A DNA stretch of 64,000 nucleotides from Botryllus schlosseri (taxonomy: Eukaryota), in the NCBI GenBank assembly GCA_051294905.1, contig CM119373.1:4032001-4096000 (forward strand). Direction: 5' to 3'. Below are positions 52,680-64,000 of the stretch, piece by piece; the first letter of the stretch is position 1, and each line of letters opens with the position of its first letter. The notes below the pieces were generated by a model that was given only the letters and a program-made list of their open reading frames with translations, had not been told where the DNA came from and did no database searches. Both the position numbers and the translations under genes were made by a program.

Positions 52680-53560
52680 TTCAGACTGCTTCTACTTCTT
52701 GAATTGTTAAGCACCGCTAGGTCGATACTTTTCACTCACTTGAAAAACTACTACTACTTGTTAGTTACGGTTTGCTGAGCTAAACTAGGCCTATATCTTT
52801 TCACTTATTTGAAAATGCGACTTATACTACTATACTGGTGAATAGAGATCAAACTCTACTTCTACTTGATACTTTTCAGTTTGTCAGGCAAAACTTGGGC
52901 TAAAATACCAACTTTGAAATCGCTACTCCTACTTCAGTGAAAATCTACGTCGCAGATTCTACTTTATTACTAATCGAGACAGGTTTGATCACCTCAAATC
53001 AAAGGACAGTAAGAAGCTTTATCGCTCTCAAGGGTACCTTTATGGTCGATACTTTTTACTTACTTGAAAACTACTGCTACTTGTTAGTTTACGGTTTGTT
53101 AAGCTTAACTAGGCCTATATTTTTTCACTTATTTGAAAATGCGACTTCTACTTGATACTTTTCAGTTTGTCAGGCAAAACTAGGCCTAAAATACTAACTT
53201 TGGAATCGCTACTTCTACTTCAGTAAAAATCTACTTTGCTGCTTCTACTTTATTCACTTACTTGAAAAACTACTGCTACTTGTTAGTTTACGGTTTGTTA
53301 AGCTAAACTAGGCCTATAATTTTTCACTTATTTGAAAATGCGACTTATACTACTATACTCGTGAATAGAGATCAAACTCTACTTCTACTTGATACTTTTC
53401 AGTATGTCAGGCAAAACTAGGCCAAAAATACTAACTTTGGAATCGTTACTTCTACTTCACTGAAAATCTACATCGCTGCTTCTACTTTAGTACTAATCGA
53501 GACTAGTTTGATCACCTCAAATCAAGCGACATTAAGAAGATTTATCGCTCTCAAGGGTAC
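52680..53560. repeat. Irregular tandem array derived from the 4126-type MITE
   Basis: Repeated CTACTTCTACTTGATACTTTTCAGTTTGTCAGGCAAAAC and TTTGATCACCTC match the reverse complement of 4126-4356. Confidence 0.8.
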
Positions 53561-53835
53561 CTTTATGGTGGGAAATTTAAGCACATGCCCGCACAATAAT
53601 TGCATGAAGCAATTGTTAGCGGGGAAAATGAAATATTGAATACCCAATAAATGGCCACCAATACAGCAACAGCCTGCAGCAAGTCACTGCAGGGGATGAC
53701 AATTCCATCAAACGACACCTTCACTTCACTGCAGTAGAGTAACGTCGGGGAAGGCGTAGTTGCCTTTTCCTGTAAAGTAATGTATATTAGCATCAATTCC
53801 AACCAAGGAAATAATCTCTGCATTATATGATACAT

Positions 53836-54719
53836 CAGGGGCGGGCAACTTCTCGCGCCGGCGGGCCGGATATAGGAAAAGTAAGTACTTTGCGGGCCGG
53901 GTTGCTGAATTGATACATTATTCGCCCATTTATCCACATATACAAGGAATAAATCGTATTTAATGAATGTATTTCAACGACAGTAATGTCACTTCAAAGC
54001 CATTTCTCGCCGATAATGGCGAATACAATGTGGATTTGAGAATAAAATTGTCATACAGGCACCGCCATGTCTGCTTCTCTCTGATCAATCAACACAAGTG
54101 CATTCCCTAATTAAGATTTCAAGGAGTTCGATAAGCTTGGTAGCGGTAACCCTATTTGCCAAGATCTTAATTCATTAGGGTTGAGTAGGTGACGAGATAG
54201 CGTCGTTGCTCAACTGTGTGGCCTAATTAATTTCGATATTGAATTCATGTGGGCCTCGTGCTCTACGATATTCAAAAAGTGGCCTGCTACCCGTTTTGAG
54301 TCGGCAACCCCTGACATAAGCGGTGCCTTACAAAACCCTAGAAGTGTGCAGTGCTACATGTCAGCGGTTACCGAATCAAACATAAGAAATATCAGCCTGG
54401 TGTAAATGACCATTGTAGTCGACAAAAATCATGATTACCACAGACGACACATTAGAGTTGAGTGCATCGTAAATGCCGATAATGCAAGTCTTCTCGCTTC
54501 GACGAACTTACGCGTGAGCTCCACTCTCGCAACGCTGAGCATACACGTTATAATAACATACAGTCACTAAAATTTGACATAGTAAGCCAGTAGTGCGGAT
54601 TCCCGACAGACTGGGGCGGCGGGCCACATTATCATGCAAGACGAAAATCTGTCCGCTAGCCGGACAAAATCCCTTCGAAGGCCGGATCCGGCCCGCGGGC
54701 CGTATGTTGCCCGCCCCTG
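53836..54719. mobile_element. Composite hAT MITE in an intron of the accessory gene
   Basis: TIR CAGGGGCGGGCAAC; perfect TSD TGATACAT; contains a SINE 3' fragment. Confidence 0.9.
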
Positions 54720-55299
54720 TGATACATCATGCTATACACTAGAAACCAATGTAATTTGGTACTACTGTCTGTGACCCATGCATCACAATCCCTAATTTCG
54801 AAAAGTGATTAGAAATGTCATTTTGCAGTGGGCTAATAACGTATGAACTAAACTAGTAGTTACATTGGACTTTTCATTAAATAGACGTATATCATTTAGC
54901 TTGCTATTGAATGAAAATTTAGGAGACAGTCTAATTTCTTTTGTTACCTGAAGTACAACTAGATCAGTCCCTTTGAGCAACGGTACCATCCCGATTAGCC
55001 ACGAAACATCATCTTTGCCTGCAAATCAACGAATTCTACATTTAGTCAAGAGTCAAACGAAAGGAGGATAATTCTCACTCACCATGTAACAATTTTATGT
55101 CATCGGGTAACTTTGTCCATTTCGATATTACAAGGCGTTTATTTTTTTCAAGTTTGCCGCTTTCCTTGTAAACCTGAAGTGTTTGTGTGATGACACACCC
55201 AACAAGATGCTTCATATCTTCAAGGATCTAGAAATTAAAGTAAATTCAATAATCATATAAATATATCAGATACATACTGCTGACTGTGATCAGTATTAA

Positions 55300-55770
55300 A
55301 GGGGCACTGCCCTCTAAAAATGATGCGGTCTCAAATTGAAGGGCAAGACGAAAGAAAAATGTTGGCCGCAGCCGTTTTCTTCAGAACGCCACTGTAATGG
55401 AGCTGTAATGTATTGAAATTTCCAGAGTTGCAGCACGCTCCGGCAGTCACGTAGAGATCAGCCGATGTTATGAAGGAAATACAATACACTAGGCCCGATT
55501 TTGACATAAATCTCCTGACTGGACATCTTCCGTTGAACGCGGTATCTAAACCACCATGGCGTGTACGACATATTTCCTTCGTAACATCGGCTGACAACTA
55601 TATAAAGTTCGATCTCTGCGTGACTGCTGGAGCGTGCTGCAACTCTGGAAATTTCAATACATTACAGCTCCATTACGGTGGCGTTCTGAAGAGAACGGCT
55701 GCGGCCAAAATTTTTCTTTCGTTTTGCCGTTCAATTTGAGACCACATCATTTTTAGAGCGCAGTGCCCCT
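55300..55770. mobile_element. Fold-back MITE, Kolobok-like
   Basis: TTAA-AGGGGCACTGC ... GCAGTGCCCCT-TTAA; inverted arms of roughly 170 bp. Confidence 0.9.
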
Positions 55771-57155
55771 TTAAGGGGTGCAATTTGAAATCGTATGTAT
55801 TGGTCATGCAGGCAATATTTTGAAATTACGATTGTGGCAGTTTTGCAAGCAGTTCTTAAAAACCGCATCCAATATGGGAGAATGGGCCATTGTTCGTATG
55901 TGTTAATGGTAAAGACGCATATCTCAGTTTTCAGAAGCGGATACAATCATTAAAGAGCCACCAAGTGTGGTTTCAAATTCAAGGTGAACGTGCGTAAGAT
56001 ATCTTGCTAGATTTGGCATGCTTTGAAATTCACTGGAACTACTTTGCCCAACTCTTATTTTCACTCTATATTTGGAAAACAAGTTTTCACCTAACATCTC
56101 TTACCCAGCAGGCCTCAGATAGAACTGGACATTCTGCCAGGATGCTTCCAGTGTTGGCGCCGCGCAAAATATTTTTTCTTCGGTGCCGAAACGTCCTCGC
56201 CAGTCTGTCGCCTATAATTTGTGCAGACGGTTTGTTCTTTTTTGCTTCGATGTTCAACAGCTTCAGATGAGAATTGATGCTGAATTCATCTTCTCCGTCC
56301 TCCTTCAAAATCGTACTATCCTGAAGAGTTGCATTTCTAGTCACCTAGGCAGAATGTGAATGTGCTTCATCATCTTACTTCGGATACGCGTTGCTGCTTA
56401 CAGGGCTCTAAATGTTCTGCAGTTGACTTCCTTTTAGAGTTATTCGGATGGCCATACTTCTTGCGCATTGCATCCTTATGTCCGCGAGATTCCGTACGCC
56501 TATGTAGCTCTTTAAAACGGTCCCTCAAGAAGGACTTCCATGTTTACTGTATAATGAAAAATGATTTAAATGGAAGCATGAAAATCGGCATTCTGAGCGA
56601 AACAGCATTATTTAGTGAAGAACACTCACATATCCAGAATGAGCAGCGACACTATGACCCTTGTCCATTAAGACTGGATATTTCTGCACCAGTTTCTTGC
56701 ATAAATTATCGTAGCCGGACGAACCTGGGTATCTACAAAAATAGAATGTTTAGTGTAGGTAGATAATCTTTCTTTGAATATATTTGCAGAACCTACAATG
56801 TGACTTGCTTCAGTTGATTAAATAAGATACTAATGATCTCTCTGCGGAATTGCGGTGAGAGTGGCAAAACTCTATTTTTGGCTATATCCGTCAGTTGATG
56901 CTCCAGGTATTGGATTATCAATGAACCAGCTTCAATTCTATGTTAAGATCAAAATGCAAATTAGATTAAAATTAGATTACCGTACTGGCATTTCACTCAG
57001 ATTTAATGAAAATAGACTACTAGAATTATCTAGTTGTCTAAATCTGCAACTGACAGCCAATAACGCGTTTTCGCGGATAACGCCACCTGGTTGAAAACTC
57101 GGGACATCTTGACTAATCATCGCGCATACCGTTTTCCTACATTATGCGTCGCGTT

Positions 57156-57286
57156 TAGCAGTATTTAATCACACGATTAGCATTCTTCCGGATCAGCTAA
57201 CTACATTAACCACGCCTAAAATGCATCGCGATTAGCAGTATTTAATCACACGATTGGCATTCTTCCGGATCAGCTAACTTCATTAT
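57156..57286. repeat. Direct repeat, two ~55-bp copies
   Basis: TTAGCAGTATTTAATCACACGATTRGCATTCTTCCGGATCAGCTAACT occurs twice. Confidence 0.85.
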
Positions 57287-57675
57287 CTCCGCCCTAAGAA
57301 CTGCACCATGATCATTGAACTGACGTAATCTTCAGGTTACAACTTACGTTCAACATATGGCCACCTTACTCCGTGGCTTCCAGTAGCACTCGTACCGGTA
57401 CTTTCGTTGAATAGAATATGAATCAAGAATAAAAAACTAATCGAGCCACTTACCAATACTAGCCGATCAGAAAAGCTCGAGAATATCTTCGCATCTATTC
57501 GTTCAGCAATGGCGACGGCGGAGTTTCCAAACAAAAAGAACGCAACAACCTACGCGATAGCTATTCGCTCGGAGCTTGGATAGTGCGCATGCGCGCACGG
57601 GTTAGCATTGTGACGTAACATCGGTGTCAGACAGCCTTTTTCCCTTATCAAATGCGTGCACAAGTTCGTTCAACA

Positions 57676-58377
57676 CAGTGGTTCCCAACCTTTTTCGTCT
57701 CGTGCCCCCCTTGGCCGATATTTGAGCTAAAATTCCCCCCTATGAAAAAGTTGCCTGTGACTAAAAAATGTGCTTTTTAACGAGCAACCATGTGTTGACT
57801 AAGCAATTAATGGCCAAATATATTCAGATATGTCCGAACTATGGCGAATGCGGACCGCACTAAACTTTGGTAAAGTACAATCAAATTGGACGTGTTTTTG
57901 ACCGATCAGGTAGCCGCTGACGAAAAATAAATCACCAAGTCCGCTTGCTATGGACTTGAGTTGAATCGATGAATTTGGTACGCTATGTTTTTCACGTTAG
58001 CTGATGTTGGCTTAAAAAGTTGAACAATTCCACTAGCGGTCTTGCGCTGAATTCGGCTTGACGTTTTCCTGCTTAGTAGCAATTTGGTCGAGAGGCTGTC
58101 GCCGACCCAACGAAATCGTCTCGTGAGCCTCACTTTATCATGGGCTGTAATAACTTCGGAAGGCATTTAAACATATATACCTGGCTTGAAATCCGCCAAA
58201 GAAACAGACAATTGTAAAGAACTAATTTCTACTTAACAGTTCTAAACCTTGTGAACCCACCGTATCTTTCGATACAATGCCAAAGCCAGATTTCTCCCAA
58301 AAAATTAAGCCAGATTCCCCCCTAAAAATTTCAAAATCCCCCCAAGGGGGGAATTCCCCCCTGGTTGGGAACCACTG
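57676..58377. mobile_element. hAT (Charlie-like) MITE
   Basis: CAGTGGTTCCCAACC / GGTTGGGAACCACTG; TSD GTTCAACA/GTTTAACA. Confidence 0.88.
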
Positions 58378-58906
58378 GTTTAACAGGTAATGGAGCCATA
58401 TGCCCACAGCCACACGAACGGTATTTGAATAAAATAGGATGTCCGACACGATCGACCTGAACTACATATTGAGGCATTGCCAAATGCTGACTTGAAATCC
58501 CGATTGGATGGTTTCTAGGGACAATTTCCACATTCGCGTAATAATCATGTTCCCTTCTACATATCTGGTACTGGTACAGGTAATATTCCTACTATTCGAT
58601 ATACCCTATTATAGGATACGGGTAGCCTACTGATAAGGTACCATAAGCATTCGGCTTGGGCACGTAGAAAATCAACCCACCTCATTACATATGAATGACT
58701 GTAGACTGTGTAGATGTAGAGCAATTTACAATTTCGGGTGCAAATTTATCTGCAACGTCTCAAATAATAACTGAAAATAAACTCGACTTCATCACATCTC
58801 AGGTTTCAATCGCGATGCGCCCGTCACGTGATATAATATGTACCAATTTATCTACCAGTTTTTATCATATATTGATCTGAATGCAGAGTGAAACCGATAT
58901 GTATAC

Positions 58907-59592
58907 CAGTGGTCGGGAACCTATGGCTCGCGAGCCATATATGGCTCTTTTGGGAATAAAATATGGCTCTTTTCCAAATACTTATTTTTGTATTGAATTG
59001 ATCAAGGAGAATAGCAGACATGACGATGCCCATAATGCAACGCATTTCAAATACACATAATCATCATGATCTACGGCGCGAAATGAACTGCCGTGAGCGT
59101 TACATTCACAATTACAAACTCGAATTACAAACACTGTAGGCCTAATAGGCGTGTAACGCATCTATTACCGCCGAATACTTTGAGAACGGAGAATTCGATC
59201 AGTTTGTAGATTTTCGGAATCAGTCCGACAGTTAGATTCGATTAATATTGACAGTGTAAGTAGAATCATAATAAAGTACATGACTCGTGCGACATCAGGG
59301 GTCGTTTATATGCCAATCAATCAATTATTCAATCAATCGTCGGATTATATTTTTATCAGCCCAACGCACGCACACACAATGCAATAAGGCAACCAGCATG
59401 ATTAGTACGAGTTTTTACAGCAAATGTGGCGCACATGACGAATCCCATGTAGTGAGTTCGAATTAGTGCAACCATATGCCACTGATTTAAATTTTGACGT
59501 AACAGTTGATTGACATGTATGGCTCTTTTAGAGTTAAAATGAAAAAATAGGTCCAATATGGCTGTTCGGACATAAAAGGTTCCCGACCACTC
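58907..59592. mobile_element. hAT MITE
   Basis: CAGTGGTCGGGAACCT / AGGTTCCCGACCACTC; ATGGCTC subterminal motifs; TSD degenerate. Confidence 0.78.
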
Positions 59593-60557
59593 GTGTCTAA
59601 CGTAGTCGGGTGTTTTTGGACGAAGCACACCTCCTCCATACAGGTGATAATATACACCCCGTGGGGCGTGGCCCTACACCCGAGGCCATCCTTTTCCGTT
59701 TATGGGTGTATTCTGGGAATTATCGCCTGATATTTTGAGGTGAAATTGCAAAAAGTTACACCCAGAACGTGTATCGACTGCAAATCCACCCCTTCACGTG
59801 GATAAGTGGGGTGTGATACCCCGAAACTACACTTATTTCGTTTACAGTGTATAGTAGCGCCACTTGCAATCTCATTCCAACAGTACAGATGTGAACAGCA
59901 GATGAAAACGATGCGCCCCATATTGAATTGCCAACTTTAAATCGTGTGTTACTCATGAAAGAAATTTGTTTCTGGTAAATATGGGCGATTCCAATATCTT
60001 TTCACTATATTCCGACAATCTTGATGGTAGGTCAAGAGATAACAGCACGCAACAAAGTGACTAACAACATTTGGCCCACCCGAAATTCCATTACCATTTA
60101 TAACTTGCCATAAATTTTCGAAAACACGCCCTTCATCAACTCTACCGGTGAACTGTTCACGTGGGCTGAGAAAGGATAAATGCTTGATAGGGATATATGG
60201 AACTGCTTATATTTGTGACGAAATTCATTCGTGAATCTGAAAAACTTTCGCGACCATAACGAGTCCCAGAAACTATATTCATAACATGACCGCTCGTTGT
60301 TTCGGTGCGTATAGTAGGCAAACGGACATGGACGGTTTAACATGGGTATTTGGCTAGTTCATTACGACTATTATGCCCTGGAATGCGGCCTTAGGCCACC
60401 TGAGTAATAGAAAAGTGGCCGTGAATAGCAAAAAGGTTGGCCACCCCTGACTAGTACAACGCGTCTGATCACAGTCGGCCTATTAAATCCCCCAACCCTT
60501 TTTATTAGGTTGTTGACTCAAAAATGGAAGCATTCAAGTTACTAATTAGCTCTACAT

Positions 60558-61741
60558 CAGGGGTCGCCAACTCAAAATAGGTCGCGGGCCACTTTTCCAA
60601 ATTCCTGGAGTCCGCGGGCCGCATGACATCAATATCGATATAAAAGTAGGCAACGCAGTTCAACAACCACGTCTGATAATTCTACGTTATTACAACGCTG
60701 TGCTTTCTAACATAGGCGACGGTTATAGTCACCCCAAAAGAACTAATATTTTATTGAACAAACACAAATACAACAAAAGGTATCATGATCATCAATGTCA
60801 TTATATTTTGGACTATGAGCTGTACACGATACCTGACAATGACAACACTCTTGAGCCGCTAAAACAGGGGTGGCCAACATTTTTGTAATTCACGGCCGCA
60901 TTTCGCGTACTCATGTAGCCTGCGGCCGCATACCGGTGGTTAGTCGTGATAAACTAGCTGGGGCCAAATACCCACGTTATCATGTCCATGTCCATTGCCG
61001 GTACACTCCGAACTAATCTATATGCACATATCGGCTTACTATGCGCACCAAATCGTTAGTAGTTACGTTGTAAATAGCCACAGAGAACCAATCTGTGGTC
61101 GCGCGAAGCGCGAAAAATTTTTCATGTTCATGAGTGAATTTCGTCAATAAATATTAGTATAGTTTCACATATTACTATAAAATATTTATACTTTCTCGGC
61201 CAATGTGATCAGATTCCCAGATACAGCTGATGCAGGGGGTATCTGCGAAAACTTAGGGTTGCTATTACAAGTGTCGACAGCCGCATAATTTTCCTTCTAC
61301 TGCTGCAGATTGGCCACCCATGGATTGAAGAATCAATATTGGGGTTAGCTATACACGGTAGGCCTACTTGCTAGACAACTATCTCCTCGTAAAGCATTGT
61401 CTTTTGGAGCGCCCGAAGTCGTTTTGCAGGCGTCTCGGTCTTGGCAGTGGTGGGCCATTGCACGTCAAGGCAATATGCCCATTCGTACCAGCAAATTCTT
61501 CATCCATGGAATGATATTACCATGCCGAAGCCGTATCAACTAGTGAGTAATAGTGATAGTGGGCACATAGAATGGCTCACTTTGAAAAACAACAACATTA
61601 TGTTTCAACTGAAATCAATTCTAGCGTTTCAACATGATTTACTAAGCGTTTTTCTGAATTTTTTTCAAATCAGGTCGCGGGCCGCAAAATAGGACCTCGC
61701 GGGCCGCATGCGGCCCGCGGGCCGCGTGTTGGAGACCCCTG
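60558..61741. mobile_element. hAT MITE with a nested MITE (60865-61322)
   Basis: CAGGGGTCGCCAAC / GTTGGAGACCCCTG; perfect TSD CTCTACAT. Confidence 0.88.
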
Positions 61742-62054
61742 CTCTACATGTAGATTATTCAATATAGCGAGATGGGGCAAATACAAAGTCACGGTATTTG
61801 GCCCGTTTGTCTATATTTGTCAATAGATATCCAATATTAGTTCAAGATCTCATTTACTCCCGACTATTTGCGAATTTGATTTTACCAGAGTGAATCATAG
61901 ATTGATAACCACAGTCATAATCAATGTACGCCCTTTGGACTGGTTTGAATAGTCGACGGCCGAGTAATTTGTCTCGAGTGCCAACCTACAAGACAATGAT
62001 AGCGCTAGGAAGAATGACAAATAATATTTCCCAGCATTAAATGCGCCGAATTGA

Positions 62055-63758
62055 ATGCTTTTGCTGTGCCTAACCTTTTGGTGCACGGCACTACTGTGTA
62101 CAGCATGGTATTAAGTTTATTTAGATATCGTGAGTCAATGTCCAGGTTGCCGGTTCACCGGCCCACAAAACCTGGTTCAAATGTTACCGATCCACCAAGC
62201 TAAAAAGGCTGGAACCACTACGGTTCACTCAATCATCAATATGACTTTTGCAGAGTGGACATCTTCCGATAAGGATAGAATATAGTGTGTGGGAAGATTT
62301 TGTGCGACTGGTAACGATATTTCAATTATTGACACTTACGTGCTAAAAAGTTGAAGATTTGAGTGAGATCTACATGTATCCGAATCCTAGATCAATGCAT
62401 AAACAGTAGGGCTGTTCAAAAATAACTATTTTTTTCGGATTCCAGCCATTCACTGATTAAATTAAGTTATGTGAGTTTTTCGTTGATAAATCGCGGATTA
62501 TCCACCGATCAAATATAATCCGAGGATTATCGTCGACAAACTCGGCATTCTGCAATTACTGTGTTCATATAAAGTTTTGACCTTATCTCTTTCCGGGTGC
62601 AGTGCGTCATGAACTCAAGCTTCTGCGAGTCTCGTTGACTTGATCTGGTCTATTCCGGTCAAAATCACAGTCAATTTCCAGGCAATTTGATGAACGTGTA
62701 GGCCCTACGTCTTTCAGGACTTCACTGCGACTGTTCTGTTCATGGTAATCTCCCGCATGCAAACCTTGATAACCTAGCCTAGACGTTCACGTTGGCGAAA
62801 TAACATTAGTACATTCATGTATGTGAACGATTCCGATGACCTTGGCGCTCATCGATGAATTTCTCACACCTTCAGACCAATACTGCAGTCGGAGCTACAT
62901 TAATGGACGCTGGGTCACGCATGGAAACTGCGAGGTGAGTAGTCGAAATTAGAGAGGTCGTATTTGATACAAGATTTGCTGAATATAACAGGGACTGGCG
63001 TTTGCATACCTTAAATCCATGGCAGTTATGGTATCATCTATCTGTCACATGCACACTGGTTCCCTTCTTGAAAGGCATGTCTGCAACACTCTAACCTGAT
63101 GTTCTGACTTCAAACTTACAAATAATGTGTCATCATTTTACACTGCTCTACCAACAAAAGCGTCCGGTCTGGATTTTGGTGATTGATCAAGGCGGAGAAT
63201 GATTTTTGATATTTGTAATCCGATATTGAAGGAGCTGTGTCCTACGAAACACTGCGGTAACTAGGCATACGGTACCGCTACTCATTGGACGACATTCATA
63301 CATGAATATTTGTGTGTGAATCTTTTTTACCAGTGCCAACCCATTTCAATTGTTGTTGTTTTCCTCTACCTTGATATACATGACTGGACGTTGTACGCTG
63401 AGTACTGGTATCACCCGCCAACTTACCGTAGCTATACACCACCGTAGCATATACGTGGTGTGGTATGGTACCGCTCGTGAAAATATTTTAGAGGCTGGAA
63501 TACCTTGACTTTCTGAAGAAAATGTCTGCTGCCAAAACTGCACTGCCCCTTCCACAACAGCGACGTCACAATGTCTTAGTCGAAGATTGGAGCTGCGAAG
63601 GCGACATTCACTCCTATCTGGCTACGCCAAAGTTCAACAATGTGATATCTATTTTCCAGGACGAATCATCTCTTCAAAGTATCATGAGTGACTTGACCAA
63701 ACTAGCAGAAAAAGAAAATGCTCGAGCTCAGCAGTCAGGTTATATTCCATTCCACTGA
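62055..63758 (+). pseudogene. Candidate small secreted six-Cys peptide precursor with one in-frame TAG: join(62055..62107,62146..62174,62254..62310,62718..62744,62876..62934,63660..63758)
   Basis: Five GT-AG introns with compatible phases 2,1,1,1,0. MLLLCLTFWCTALLCTAWLPVHRPTKPEWTSSDKDRI*CVGRFCATGLHCDCSVHDQYCSRSYINGRWVTHGNCEDESSLQSIMSDLTKLAEKENARAQQSGYIPFH. Confidence 0.45.
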
Positions 63759-64000
63759 TATTTTAGTCCGACACCCTGGTTATACCAGTGATTCCTATGA
63801 TAAAGTAGTTCTTTACCTTTTTTTCTCCCAGCGCTTCCTTTAAGATATTTACATGGTTTTGCGACCCCCCATATTTTAAATACTGTACTTAAGAGATTCC
63901 GGCTGATTTTTGCGGGTTTGGAAATATTTCGTGCATGAATCGACACCGATGACCACTCAACTAATTAACGATCTAATAATTTTTTCACTATTTTTGGGAT

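Larger units (their letters stand above)
53563..56937 (-). pseudogene. Spliced SAMD3-like transposon accessory gene: complement(join 56797..56937,56630..56732,56379..56546,56105..56344,55083..55227,54948..55018,53563..53769), ~358 codons, 5' end unresolved
   Basis: GT-AG introns with consistent phases. RREIISIL..TLYP..Y..LVQKYP..GY*TWKSFLRDRFKE, GEDEFSINSHLKLL..EAKK..TFRHRR..IL..CPVL, YWVFNISF. In-frame TAA at 56544-56546. Confidence 0.8.
52328..59849 (-). mobile_element. Non-autonomous EnSpm/CACTA (CMC)-type element, 7522 bp
   Basis: TA-CACTGTAAA ... TTTACAGTG-TA ends with a ~22-bp imperfect TIR; ACACC/GGTGT subterminal repeats; splits a recognisable MITE exactly; carries a SAMD3-like gene; no transposase seen. 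Confidence 0.82.
52130..60449. mobile_element. hAT MITE (43729 family, inverted) split by the EnSpm-type insertion
   Basis: 52130-52327 and 59850-60449 are the two halves of the reverse complement of the 43729 element; flanks ATTAGTAC/ACTAGTAC. Confidence 0.78.

Noticed and set aside
55331..55739. Two similar ORFs on opposite strands suggesting a gene pair
   Set aside because: Artefact of the long inverted arms of the fold-back MITE.

Overview
AT-rich, intron-containing animal genomic DNA, not prokaryotic. A marine invertebrate such as a tunicate is plausible from the repeat and gene style, but that is inference only. Most ORFs in the supplied track are spurious, and the real genes appear only after manual splicing. 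Genes reconstructed: (1) a complete 6-exon, 205-aa secreted ApoD-like lipocalin (+, 2505-22426) with non-canonical motifs and a 13-kb intron full of transposons; (2) a gene encoding a Thr-rich linker, three EGF domains and a pentraxin domain (+, from 27102 or earlier to 43283; 5' end unresolved, micro-exons possible); (3) a candidate 6-exon, 107-codon secreted six-cysteine peptide precursor with one in-frame TAG (+, 62055-63758); (4) a spliced but damaged SAMD3-like accessory gene inside a 7.5-kb non-autonomous EnSpm/CACTA-type element (52328-59849). Most of the remainder is a nested transposon landscape: a full-length hATm-type element with 130-bp TIRs, decayed piggyBac and Harbinger elements (one inserted into a lipocalin splice donor), an RNase H-bearing LINE 3' fragment, tRNA-derived SINEs, about 20 MITEs (most with visible TSDs), satellites, and probable decayed AMPK-related kinase relics. 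No CRISPR array, rRNA or intact tRNA was found. All family assignments come from motif recognition by eye, not database searches.
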